Assembly (NCBI GenBank): GCA_030704615.1
Contig: CM060731.1
Location: 94,426,001 to 94,490,000 of the forward strand
Origin: Takakia lepidozioides
Lineage: Eukaryota; Plantae; Bryophyta
Direction: 5' to 3'
Length of the DNA stretch: 64,000 nucleotides
Position numbers and translations under genes: made by a program. How positions within the stretch are numbered: the stretch's first letter is position 1; every line of letters begins with the position of its first letter. Below the pieces are notes generated by a model. That model had not been told where the DNA came from, did not search any database, and saw only the letters and a program-made list of their open reading frames with translations. Below, in pieces: positions 12,309-24,244 of this stretch.

Positions 12309-13200
12309 GAAATGTGTCTGGACTCCGACACCGACATGCCGACAACAAACATGGCCGAATTAGTACATTCTTCCTGGCGTGCCTCCTCTGCGGCGCATTT
12401 GGTGGACATCCTCACTGCCACAACGGAGGACATTGTGAGGTCAATTATGCAGCAATGCAGGTACAACGAGTTCTTGAAAGGGAAACAGTGGGGCTTGGGG
12501 CCGGACAGGCAGGAAATGCTGATGCGGATTGCCTCCAAATCGAAGAATCCTCGCAAGTGGGCGGCAGCCCTGCGAGAGGGCCTTCGGGACACGCCATTGC
12601 TTCGAAGAGGCCAACACTTGGAAGGAGATATTCACACCCGTCCAGTGAGACGAAGACTTGACGAGGCACCTGGCGGAGAAGATGATTCATGGCAAGCTGA
12701 CAAGAATATTCGCACGCTTCCTCGTGGTCCCGTGATGTTGCCCGAGGAGGTCTCGTCAAGCACCGCAAGTCCTGCACGTTCAAGATCGCCATTCTCCTTT
12801 GAGCACAGGGCACGTGCCCGAGGAACATAACGAGTCATCTGTAGTAACGCAGTACAACATACCCATTGTGGAGACAAGAATGTCGGAGTCACAGTGGAGA
12901 ATTGCAAGGACATTGCCGACATTCAAGGGAAGTGTTGCGCCATCCAGGTGGATACGGAGAGCACGCGATATGAGTGAGATGCACCCACACGGTGTTGTAC
13001 CTGCACCTTGTTTGCGGCAGATTTTTGACTCCCACATTCCCCACGCCACAACGCAACGTTTTGGTTCTGTAGGCACGACATAATGACATGTGTATTGGCA
13101 AGCCCAAGTACGGGATTTAGGGAATGCCAGAGCCTCCGGGCGTCTGGATTGTTGCACCGGGTTGCAACCTCTCTTAGAATGAGGCGGATGCTATTTCTGC
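12309..13200 (+). pseudogene. C-terminal part of a Mutator-like DDE transposase
   Basis: PTTNMAELVHSSW resembles the MULE third-catalytic-residue motif T/N-N-x-x-E-x-x-H. Followed by ...FLKGKQWGLGPD and a frameshifted Cys-containing FWFCRHDIMTCV segment. Preceded by an acceptor-like TATGCAG. Confidence 0.6.
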
Positions 13201-13383
13201 AGCAGGATTTCGAATGGTGCAACGCACAGACGTCCCGGCCCACTCGTTTCCAGTTCCTTCCGACCCAGCCATTGCAGACTGCTCGGTCCAGTAGAGACGG
13301 ATTGGACAATTATGCACATCCCACATTTTCTTTGTTGCCCCCTCTCTCCCTCTGTTTCCCTCCTCGGAATTGGCCGGTTGCAT

Positions 13384-14005
13384 CAGTGTTCTTTCATGAT
13401 TTTCCATCTATACTAGATGGACTCTAAAAGGTGTTTTCACCCGACTTGTAAGGTTTCTATCCATACCAGAAGAACCCTGGGTGACACTAAAATACCTCTA
13501 AAAAGGACCTATAATTTTTCATTCCTCTTTTATTGACTTTCATCTATATCAGATGAGTCACCAGTGAATGAGGAATTACCTCCTAGGGGTTTGTGACACT
13601 GGCATCCTATCTATCATTTTCCATCCATGCCGGATGAAAAATACCAGGATTTGAATTCGTTTTATTCCTCCTTTATGCCTTTTTTTCCGTACTGGATGAG
13701 GCTTTCTCTTAAGGGATGATGAATTACCTGTTAGGATGAGAAACCGCTGCCCTGGATGATGTTATACTACTTTTCATCCTGCTGATGGACCTCATCCAAA
13801 TAAATGAACCTATTTATTTTTCATCTGACGGATGAAAAAAAACAGCTTATGATGGCCATGGAGAATTTTTTAATACCCTTAATTATTGCTAATTAAGGAG
13901 TGAAACCCTAATTCTACCCTATAATCACTGTCTAACCTAGCTAACGATGACATCCATCGGGTTTTTGAGATAAAGGGTATTGATTATTCATCCTTCGGAT
14001 GAAAA
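13384..14005. repeat. AT-rich segment with many GGATGA/TCATCC motifs in both orientations; probable DNA-transposon (hAT-like) subterminal region
   Basis: Starts CAGTGTT, which resembles a hAT terminus. Dispersed GGATGA(A)/TTCATCC motifs follow. No partner end was found. Confidence 0.35.
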
Positions 14006-16644
14006 ATCGGGCTCTGCCCTAGGGTGTCTCTCCTGCTGTTTGCTGCACTCCGCGTGCTGCTGAGCTCGCGAGTTATGGCGTCTGAGCTCTGCTGCTACCC
14101 TGTCTGCTGCTTCATGCCGGCGAGCTCTTGGGGATGCGCAATGGCGGCCGTCTTGTCTCTTCTCACAGGCGGGAGAAACCCGCTGTGATGGCATCGTCCC
14201 TTTCCCTCCTCTGCTTTTATGTTTCGCAGCGGCGCTTGGGTGGGGAAGTATATCGCTCTCTCTCCCTTCTTAAACCTAGCATTTGTATGCCTCGTTCTTA
14301 GCTGTGCTGGAGGTGGCGTGTTGGTGGCGATGGCACAGTGTTACCTTCCCCAATCGCTCAAGGTGCTTTTGGTGATTAGGGTTCCTTTTACTTCATATCT
14401 TTCTCTCTTATTTTTGGGGTTCTTAGTTGACATCGATAACAAGTGTAGGGGTCTGTGATTCACCTGGGGTTCCACAATCCTCACTAACCCATTGGTTTTG
14501 TGGGGCTTGTGATGGACCAGGTGAGGATCCCTACCTACTTTGAATTCTCTTGAGGGCGAGATAAGGATGTGTGCAAAAGGAACATATTGCTACTGCCTGC
14601 AACCCGATTTCGTCCCGCTTGCTCCCGGTTTGACATGATGTGCTGCTTTTGACTTATCTTTTGCTGTTGCTAATGGAGCACTTTGGCCTGGCAGCCTTGT
14701 CTCATACAGCACTGCATGTGAATCCTACCTTGTCTTGAATCTTTGACAGCTTTGCCTGTGGATTTTTAGACTAGGTTTCCTTTTTTTGGCCTTAAAAGAT
14801 GATTGATGGTGTAAGGGACAAGTCATAAGTGGCTGTTTGGCTCTAAGGATGAGGAGACCTGAGTTTGTTTTTAAAAAAAGACATCATGATAAGGCAAGTG
14901 ACAGGCCGTTTTCAGACTGGATTTGTTGTGGAATGGAGCATAGTGAGTTCTATTTGCAAAACATGGCATTAGCCTCCTGTGAAACAGTGACGGTAAGCTC
15001 TAAAGGACTCTGGCAATGATTATTTACTTTATTTGCCATATGAACAGCCACCTGCATTGTATGATTTATCTTGGCCAAGTGGGCTTGGTCTTGGGCACTC
15101 AAAGTGTATGTGTGTCCAGATTCTGGATGCTGTGACAGGGCAGAGGGCCTTTCTTCCATGCAAAATGCCTTACATGATGTATATCTTGGGGCAAGTGTAC
15201 ATGGTAGAATGAAGTCACAGTCAGTCTCTTCATGCCCAAAGTGATCATGGTTGCATGTTTGAAGTCTGATTTAATGCAGGCTGGGCCAGCAAGAGTCCTA
15301 TGTGCACAGGTCCTGAATATATACAATGACAGACTGTTCTTACATACCCAGAAGGCCTTGCACGATGCATGCTTTAGGGTGCTTACATTTGGCACCAAAT
15401 GTGAAGCGGCAATATGGCTTACCATGCCCAAGAAGTGTACTTGGTGGCAGGCCAGAAGTGTAATTAATTGCAGGCTGGTCCTTCCTGCTGCCGGTGTGAA
15501 CACTCACTGAATGTGTTGTAGGGCAGACTATTCTTACTACCTTGTAATGCTTGTCTTGATCACCTCAAGATATTGTGTATACATATCTTGGATCTGTAAT
15601 GTGGCAAGAAGTTCTTATATGCCATGATATCTTGCATGGTGCATATCTTATGGATAACTATGGATGATATAATCTGAGGCTGCAATCGACTTATATTGTG
15701 CAAGAGGGTCACTTGGGTACTGACAAGAATCTGATTATGAACATACCCCGCCCTCCACACTGTTATCATGACTGAATGGGTGGCGTCACTGGTGTGTTAT
15801 GACAAGACTGGAAATGTTAGATGGTGCCCTGTCATGGACTGTTTATGTCTTTAAATTGACAAATGACCCTAGTTGGTCTTGTCCATGTCTTGACATGACA
15901 TGAATATCTTCCCTCTCCCTCTCTCTTTTAATTTTTCTGCAGCGGGGTCAACTCTGAGGTTAAGAAAACCATGCTTTGTCGCACTATTAGACCTGCCTTG
16001 GAGTACAGATCTGCCAATATGGGTTGATAAATCTGACTTAGAGGCTTGTGTAGTGTCCAAAGCCATGTCTGTTGCCATGAGATGTATGTGATGTTGAAAA
16101 TGAAGTTAGGCAGAAAACTTCCCTGAACTTGTTCCAGTCAGTGACATGGGGAGGACATCTTGGATGACCTAGAGGGGTCACCCACTCTCGCACTGACTGA
16201 AATTAAAATCAAGGCAGGGAAGCCTACCTTTGAACAACAAACAGAGCAGAGAGGAAAAGGGAGAGTGCATTGCCGTGTGTGGGCAATTGAAGACAGTACT
16301 AATTTTCTGATACATGTCGGGGTGATTCACCAAAGAGACGCTCTCTCAAATCTATCAAGGGAATGTGCCTGTACCTCTGGTTTACCAACTTGAAAGTCTC
16401 AAGGCTGAGCCAAAAGCCTAGGACCTCCTGAGGCTAGTTATTGGGCAAATCACCACAGCAGTTTGAGCTTGGGGGGGGGGCTGCTATTTCATGAGCCATG
16501 AGCCATGAGCGGCATGAGCCATGAGCAGAGTCGTAAGTGTGGAAAAAAACATGAGCAGCACTATTTTCCGGAAATGAGTGTCCGCGGGAATAGGGTTTAG
16601 GGTGCCACGGTCATAGGGGGAGAAGGACCTCCCGATGAAGGAGG

Positions 16645-16931
16645 TTCGGCAATGTTATTTAGAATTATATAAGTTGAAAAAAATATGGCAATGTTTCGCG
16701 AATGGTAGGGTGGTACTGCTCTGTAAATGGGGGCCCATTTCAGCCTATAGCCATTTGCAAAATTCACCCACACTCCCAATCCCAGAAATTCGGCAATGTT
16801 ATTTCGAACGATATAGAATTAAAAAGGGCAATGTTTCGCGAATGGTAGGTGGTATGCTGATGTACAAATGGGGGCATTTCAGCACGTCTACTGTGCTGCC
16901 ATTTGCAAAATTCACCCACACTCCCAATCCC
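16645..16931. repeat. Two-copy tandem repeat of about 144 bp in the subterminal region
   Basis: TTCGGCAATGTTATTT...GGCAATGTTTCGCGAATGGTAGG...CCATTTGCAAAATTCACCCACACTCCCAATCCC at ~16645 and ~16789. Confidence 0.85.
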
Positions 16932-18150
16932 AAACGAAATGTGCCTACTGAATACAAGTCACGTTGTCAATGGGACTTCGACTGCTCTCAGAACTAGCTC
17001 ATGAGTCATGGGGCTCCTCCATGTAAAGTCGATTGCAGCCGTTGTACCGCCCCTAGTGATGTTCACCACAATGTCCTGCCCTTCAATCATACCACCATCG
17101 AATATGGAAATCTTCACGTTTTCGTCGTCCACACCAATGCGAATGTCCCCATACAATGGAGAAGAGGAGCGCACTCCTCGAGGAGAATAGGTCTCTCCGA
17201 TGGAGTCCACCCACGTCCAGTGGCAGCAGTTCCACCGCAACAGCATAGCAGTGCGCCTTCTTCTGCATGGGTGACCGTCGTAGCTGGGAAAATCGGAATC
17301 GAGGATGCGCAGGAGCCACGGACTCCTCAGACCAAGATCGTCACCCGCTCGAAGGCGTAGTGGCCTACGATATACTCAAAAGCCACCAATGTTTCCACAA
17401 TCGAACCAGTATCTTCTGTGTAATTCTGTGTACCAGATAACAATGTCTCCCGATGTGGCCGAATACATTGCATAATCGATGCCTCCAAAGGGGCAGTCGT
17501 CCCGGTTCCGGAAGCACGGCATCCTTGCAAAGGAGGACCTGAGGACGACTTGGATGCGATGATGACCTTGCGGACAGCTACGAAGCCCTTAGATTTTGGA
17601 AATGATACGAAGCGGAAGAGCAGTCCGGCCTCCAAAATGGAGCATCTGGGTCACACGTACCCACCGACGGAGGTGGAACGTGTTCATCACGCCAGCGGTG
17701 GATGAAGCCATACATCTTTCTCATCAACAAGTTATAGTTTGAGATCTGCCACCGAAGTCCATCCCCCCGGATGGAAATTCGGCGCCGCATTTACATCGAA
17801 GAGGGGATGGACTTCGTCGTGTCCAGTGGCTATCGGCCCACCTGGCAGTGACTGCCCATAGTTTGCATGGCAGGGTAGGAAACTGAAACGGCTACATTCA
17901 TGCAGCAGCCAATCTTCATCGGTCCAGGATCCTGTACGGGGGAAATTTAAATGTGCCCTGGAGTGTGCCCTGGAATGTACCTCACTTCTGTATGACTGTG
18001 TTTCATTGTGTTGAATAACTCTCGGATTTGGCCCACTGTTTACAATTTGATGTCTCATTTCTACAATTTGTCTGTCTGGTTGAATAAAGCAGAGTAACCG
18101 GTATGTGAGTCATGTGTCAAGAATATACCAGAGTAACGCCATGTCGGACA

Positions 18151-18932
18151 TTGAAATGCGGCACCGCATTTCCATGTCGGCATCGAAATGCGGCGCCGCA
18201 TTTCCATGTCCGCATCGAAATGCGGCACAGCATTTCCATGTCGGACATCGAAATTCGGCACCGCATTTCCATGTCGGACATCGAAATGCGGCACCGCATT
18301 TCCATGTGGGACAAGAAAATGCGGTGCATCATTTCCGTCCAGGTACACGAAATACCAACACGGGTCTATAAATTGATCAGAAAACGAGGTTGGCATTGCA
18401 AATGCGGCGACGCATTTCCAGCTTGGCAATGGAAACTTCTTTTTGGACAAGGGAATGCGGTGCCGCATTTCCGTCCAACACTTCGAAAAGTGCACCTATT
18501 TCCGACCAGCGCGATGGAATGCGTTACCGCATTTCCGAGAGAGGGTCTGCAAATTGACAAATTGCGATGTCCGTTCTGGAAATGCGGCGCCGCATTTCCA
18601 TGTCCGTCATCGACTTTTTTTTTACAATGGAATGCGGTGCCAGTTTTTGCTGATGGGTCTGCAGTTCGAACAACCACCATCCCCAATATGGAAATGCGGC
18701 ACCGCATTTCCAATCCCGCCATGTCGGCCTCCTTGTTCGACCTCCTTGTTCGACCTCTGTAAGCGTGGTGGCATCCATGCAATGAGCGGGAGAGGCCAAA
18801 ACTGGCGTGTGGACAAAGGAAATTTTGGAAATGCGGCACCGCATTCCAATTCAGATTACTTTTTACTATGCCAACATTGAAATGGAAAAATTAGTCCCTC
18901 CCCTGTTTTGGAAATGCGGTGCCGCATTTCCA
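18151..18932. repeat. Second array of the 24-bp palindrome, 14 units (32-33-bp period, then longer spacings)
   Basis: Unit starts at 18151, 18183, 18215, 18248, 18281, 18314, 18397, 18450, 18514, 18577, 18627 (degenerate), 18689, 18826, 18909. Confidence 0.93.
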
Positions 18933-19119
18933 AAAGAGGTTCTTAGAGTTGCCAAAATTTTGGAAATGCCCTGACCCATTTCTGATTTTGGGAGCGTCCT
19001 GGTTTGGGCGATTGTGTGGCTGGAATGCACACTGGAGAGGGGTCACGAATGTCGGGCAGAATTTTCTTTATATACTCTGGAAGAGAATTTACATTTACAG
19101 AGACTTCATTAAAATTCTA

Positions 19120-22100
19120 TTAATCTTGAAAATCATCGGAATCCTCATCCTGTTCTAGACTGTCCTGCTCCTCCTCCACCCCCTCAGTGCCTCTCTCATC
19201 TCCAGCGGACTGCTCGTTGGCCAGGCTTTCGAAAATCCCATCTTCCCCTTGCGGAACTGTCCATCTCACCTCCGTTGGGTCGTCTTCCTCCCTGTCTGCG
19301 TCGCTCTCATCCGCTGAATCACATATGTACTTTCGTACCCGTCTACCTGTCTGAGCTGCTGCCAACTCTTTCCTTATCCTTCTGTCCTCCCTAGCCCTCT
19401 CCAAAATCTGCTCTACTTTACTGGGATTCTCACTTCTTCTAATCGCTGTATTTGCGAGTTTAGCTGCATAACTAGGAAGGGAGTAGTCCCTCACCGGGCT
19501 CGTCATGAAGTCGGCCCTCGCAAAGAACGGGACATTCTTCCTGGCAGGAAGTGTAGGCCCTACATGTTTCGACCCGGACCCTGCAATCCTGCACATGACA
19601 ATCATCAACGAGACTAATGAGAACCACAGTCGGGAAATTCCTTTGACATAAATGACCCAGAAGGCTTTGCAAACTTACAATGTTTGCACTCACTCGTATT
19701 CCGGGTTCTCCTCTGCATCAATGTCCACTGTGTCTTCCTCGGACTCCGACGAATCCGAGGAGACTTCCGCTCTGTCGGGAGCCTTCACATTCCGTTGCAG
19801 CCCCTCCAGATGGGATCCCCACACGGATGAATCCTCCTCGTAGGCAAAGAGGTGCCGGTCGGAAAACCGCCCAGCCCACATTGAGGCACCTGTTACAATG
19901 CCATCCACACATTACCACATGGCGCTTCAGATGTTGCGAACTACATCCTAACGAGAATTTGCAGAACAGCAGAGATCAAGATTCTGCATACCTGTCCCAC
20001 AGATGAGGTCCAGCACTGTGCCCTCCACGTCTGTGCATGTCTCCATAATTGTCTGAATGAAGGCAGGGCTCCGAGTCCGTGAGTACCGCAGGGGTTCCGT
20101 TGAAGTGAGGCTATGAGGGAGAAGTTCCTTGGGAACGTTGTTGAACAGAACGTCGTAATCGAGTGGGTCGCAGTTCGGGTCAACCTTTCCTCCCTCCTTC
20201 CGGAAAGCAAAGGTGGAGTTTTCCTTCACAAAGCAGTATGCATCGAACTGCTTCGTCTGCATACACAGGGGGAAAACGATTAGAAACCGAATGCGGCACC
20301 GCATTTGAAAGCACCCAAGCAAATGAATGGACGAGTGCCAGTGTCGTAATCACCTTCTTCCCTTCCGACCGAAGGCCCAGTGTGTTGATGCACGTCCACT
20401 TCTTTTTCAGAATCGGGACGGCGCTCTTGCGGGTCCACTTCGCAATTCCTGTCTGAGTGTTTTTTCCTCTGCTCGCCAGGACAACCACACAGCCTCTGTC
20501 GTCCAACACCATGCGGGCAAGCCCGAATCCTTTCTTCCAAAAGTCCTCCGAGTACCTGTTCCAAGATGGCAAAGCTTGCAGTCCTTCCACAGGCTCTCCG
20601 TCCGGAATATCCAAGATGATCATATCGCAAGACCACTCGGTGGCATTTCCGCCCCTCCTACAATCCTTGTCTGCACACACCCTCTCAAAGAACGAGACCA
20701 TATTCTGAAATCCTGGGGTGTCGGAAGGCTCTTCGGCAGTCGCCTTCTTCAGTGCTCTGCCCTTCAGACCCTCCATGGTCTTCATGTATGCCAACTTGGC
20801 TGCCCGTCCATCCAAAGCCGCCAAGAAACTCTCATTTACACACTGGACTACAGTTTCGGGAGCCACTTTCGGCCTCTTCATTTCCACCGGCTCGAAAGGG
20901 TGCCCCCCTGGGGGGTTGAAGAGTGCCTTCTTTGCCGAGCCAGTTCTCGTGCCTCTCGTGACAACGGTGGGCACAGGGGAGGCAGCCTGCGTTTGGGGGG
21001 GTGGGCTGGTTGCAAAGTCTCCATCGGAGTCCTCTTCCTCACCCTCTTCCTGAACAGGCTGTTTCTGCTTCTTCGTTTTGGCGGGTGTCACAACAGCTGC
21101 TCCTTGCTGGCGAGTCCTCTTCTTCGACCCCTTCTGTTGGGCCTGCACAGCTGCATCCACCGTCTTTTGTGCCATCTCAGCTGCCTTTCTGGATTCTTCC
21201 AGAGCAGCAGATTCCTTTGCCGACTTTGGCCCAGCAGGGACACGTCTTTCCTTTCTCTTCTCTTCTGCCAAGGCGTGCAGATCTTTCTCAGACTCGTCAA
21301 CAATACCGCCAGACATGTCCAGGTACCACGGGCATCCAACGAGATGCGCGGGATGCCATTGTTTCTGCATCTCGGGTGTGTAGACACAGCTTGGGCCCGC
21401 CACGGTCCAAGCCATGAAGAACGGGGGCTCTTGAGCCAGGGCCCCTGTCTGAAGGAGCACGTATTTCATATACCTGCAAGGCAGTCAGCATGCGTGAGCA
21501 AAACTTGAGACCAACCTACTGGCAGAGTGCCACCGAAAACATAAAATGCGAATGCGGTGCCGCATTTCCGAGACAAACCTCGTAACCAGGCTTCGCATAC
21601 AAGGGCAGCTGTGCTTCACCTGTAAACAATTCGCATTGCAGCTTTCCCCGCTCCCTCCTGATGTGTAAACTCCACGCTCCTTCTTGCTGTCTGTAGCTCT
21701 CTGGCGAAAAGGTTGTCCTTGTACGCACATCTGAAACGTGTCACGTAGTCTTCCAATGTCTGTGTTCCATCCCATTTGACGTACAAGCCGAACGAATTTG
21801 TGTGCATTACGACTTGCTCCTTTGCATTCGACATTACCTGCCATTCCCAAATGCATTGTCACGTAGCAGTTCAGGGAATTCATGTCAGAAAAGCAAATCT
21901 GGGGAAGTACCTTGAATTACCTGGAACCACCAAGTCATACGGTTGAGCCACACATCCACTGCAGGGTCGGAAACTTCCAGTGGAAAAGACCACATTGTCC
22001 TTATGCTCTCGGATGCATTCCAGATCGACAGCCACCGTGTCTGCCATTTCCGATCCAATGTCAGTGGCTGGAAGAGAGTGGCTATTGCTAGGAAGGAAAT

Positions 22101-24244
22101 TCAGTGCATTGAAACCTCACCTTCTCTTTCGCCTCCACACATGCCGTTGAGAGGTGATGCAGTTTCTCCAATTGCATGGTCGGCTGCATGGCCCGAGAAT
22201 AGTGTTTTGCAATCTCGGGGATGAAGTCCTTTCCAAGTGCCGGATCTGCAATTGCCACCAGCTTCACAAGCTTTGACTTGTATTTGGTTCTGGACTTGAC
22301 ACCGGCTTCCTTCAAGTGCTCAGTCAATGACTGCAACGTTTTGACCTGCCCCTCACTTTCCATGAAGAAGCGTTTGGCATGGGCCAAATCCAGCTTGATG
22401 TTTGACTGCCAACAAAAACATGCAGAAGCGTTACATTCGATTCATGTGGAAACATTACTGGAAATTGGGGAAGGATGAGCAGAGGGAAATTGGAGCACGA
22501 CTTACTTCGTATATCACCTCCACCATTCCATCCATAGTGAGACGATACCATGTCCGGTCTGTTTTTGCAACGGCTTTCTGAATGAGCTCCGGCTCCAGCA
22601 TTTCCGCAAACATCTGCGGATCAGTAAGACCAGTTTTCCTCACCCTGTACAGCATATGTGCCATGTGGGTATGCACGTACGCATTCTCAGTGACCCTGCA
22701 AGGCACACTCTCCAGTTCAGTACACGGAAGCACGGAATCAAACCAGAATGGAAACCGAAATGCGGCACCGCATTTCGAATGTGCTAGGGAGGGTATGAGT
22801 ATCTTACGAGTTGAGGTCCGCCATGGCATTCTTGAGGAGGGAGGAGTCTGCCGCCTTCACCTTGAGGATGACACACTCCACCATGTAATGCCAGCCAATG
22901 TGCTTGGCATGGTTCTGCTTGATGTACTCCCACCAGGCGAGAAGTCGGTGATTCCCGTCCCACACAAAGAACATTTTTCCCGACATATGGCCGAAGTCGG
23001 GATCACCCTTCAGCGTCGCCTCGAATTCGTGGTTGCGAGTGTGCCAGTGGGTATCCCACGTTGACAATTCATCGGCAGTGGGTCCACGGGTTTCGCCGTC
23101 CTCATTCTCTATGGAAACGTAAAACGCTGCCGATCCCAGACGGTACCCTTCTCGAAATGCGAACTTGAGCTTATCCACATCTCCGGGAAGGGCCTGCCTG
23201 ACGATGGGAAGGGAGACCATGCGACAGAGTGGGATTCGAAGAGTCCGCTGGAATACCCTGCTGCCCAGAACTCTGCCAATGCTACTGTGTGTCTCCTCCA
23301 ACATTTTATCCGCTGCACTTTTGAAATCCTCCGGAGACATGTCTGTAGGTGCCGGTAGTGGCTGAGCAGGTGGAGCATCCTCAACTGGAGCTGCACTCTG
23401 GGGCCTGTGTGCGGGCAATTCTGCCACTGCAGAGGCCTCCTCCGGGCCTGCTAGCTCATCGGTGGTGAGGTCTGCCTGCGAACGTTCAGCGGCAGCACCC
23501 TCCTCCGGTACCAAATCGAGATCAACGGTCGATCCCATTGCCTTCGCTGCAGCAGAGTCGGCCCCAACATCTGCAGGCGGGAAATCCTCCAGGAACTGAG
23601 CTTCAGCTCGTGGAAGCGGTTTTGCGGGAGATTGTTCGGCCGTCGCCCTGATTGCCTTCTGCTTCCTCATCCTTGCAGGTGAAGGTGTCTGCTGCAATAG
23701 AATCTGTCTTCTACCCTGCTGCTTCATTCGCGTTGGGGGGGGTGAATCGGCCTGAGCCGGTTCAGAAGCCAGTAGAGGGACGGGCTGCTTCTTCTTCGAC
23801 TTTGCTGGAGAAGGGCCCGACCCCTGCTGGCGATTCTCCATGATCGAAGAACGCGAGTCGATCTCTGAGACTTTGAACTTGCCCTTCGAAGACGCGTCTT
23901 TGAATCGCAGAGGGCTAGGCCCGGCAGGAGTACCCGCGCTCGGGGATCGGGTGGGTGTACGTGCTGCAGCTAGCTCCTCGGACTCTTCCTGCGGCTCTTC
24001 GGATTCCTGCGATCCCTCCAGCACGTCCACCTTTCCTGTTAGGCATGCAAACATGTTCTGCATTCAAGTCTCCTAGCATTCAGTCTAAGAATTACAGAAG
24101 CAAAATGGGGGGTTCGGTGCTCGATCAGCTGCGCGCAGCCCGATCGCATGGAGCTCTCACTGGTGGCTGGGTTGCCTGAGTGGCCTGCTGCTCGGAGATG
24201 GCAATCTCCTCCTGTAGACGCATCTGCTTCCTCCCCTTCGGCAT
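19120..24244 (-). CDS. Predicted 10-exon, ~1,398-aa ParB/Srx-like domain + beta-class amino-(N4C/N6A) DNA methyltransferase-like fusion protein
   Basis: Manual GT-AG model with consistent phases: 24244-24161, 24030-22808, 22695-22506, 22405-22121, 22067-21921, 21837-21620, 21473-20354, 20256-19992, 19889-19694, 19588-19120. ParB-like: VRQ...DVDKLK..FREGY...FFVWDGNHRLLAW...VECVIL...AMADLN. MTase-like: CDMIILDIPDG (motif IV position)...LDDRGCVVV...RSPAFIQTIMETCTDVEGTVLDLICGTGASMWAG...RHLFAYE (motifs X, I, II). Exons 1 and 5 are the least certain. Confidence 0.78.

Larger units (their letters stand above)
10758..13250. mobile_element. Copy C: diverged, internally deleted derivative of the ParB-MTase Mutator-like element (right boundary uncertain)
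   Basis: Begins GGGGGGCTGTTATTTCATGAGC with CATGAGC repeats and GTGTCCACGGAAATAGGGTT, as at 16471-16600. Contains MTase 3' exons (minus) joined to the transposase C-terminus (plus). Confidence 0.72.

Noticed and set aside
14010-16060. Possible gene or pseudogene fragments
   Set aside because: Only short ORFs with no motif I can support.
13250-16470. Right terminal inverted repeat of copy C
   Set aside because: I found no reverse complement of the terminus by eye, so the right end and the TSD remain unproven.
18061-18880. Many overlapping ORFs with MEMRRRIS / GNAVPHF / KCGTAF peptide repeats (also 1958-3423 and 24428-25627)
   Set aside because: These are translation artefacts of a stop-free palindrome read in six frames; there is no evidence of coding.
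20327-21508. 393-aa plus-strand ORF
   Set aside because: Antisense shadow of exon 7 of the fusion gene, with no recognisable motifs.
19120-24244. Bacterial or phage contamination as the source of the ParB-MTase
   Set aside because: The gene has GT-AG introns, one conserved between diverged copies, and the copies are physically nested with plant-type LTR elements.
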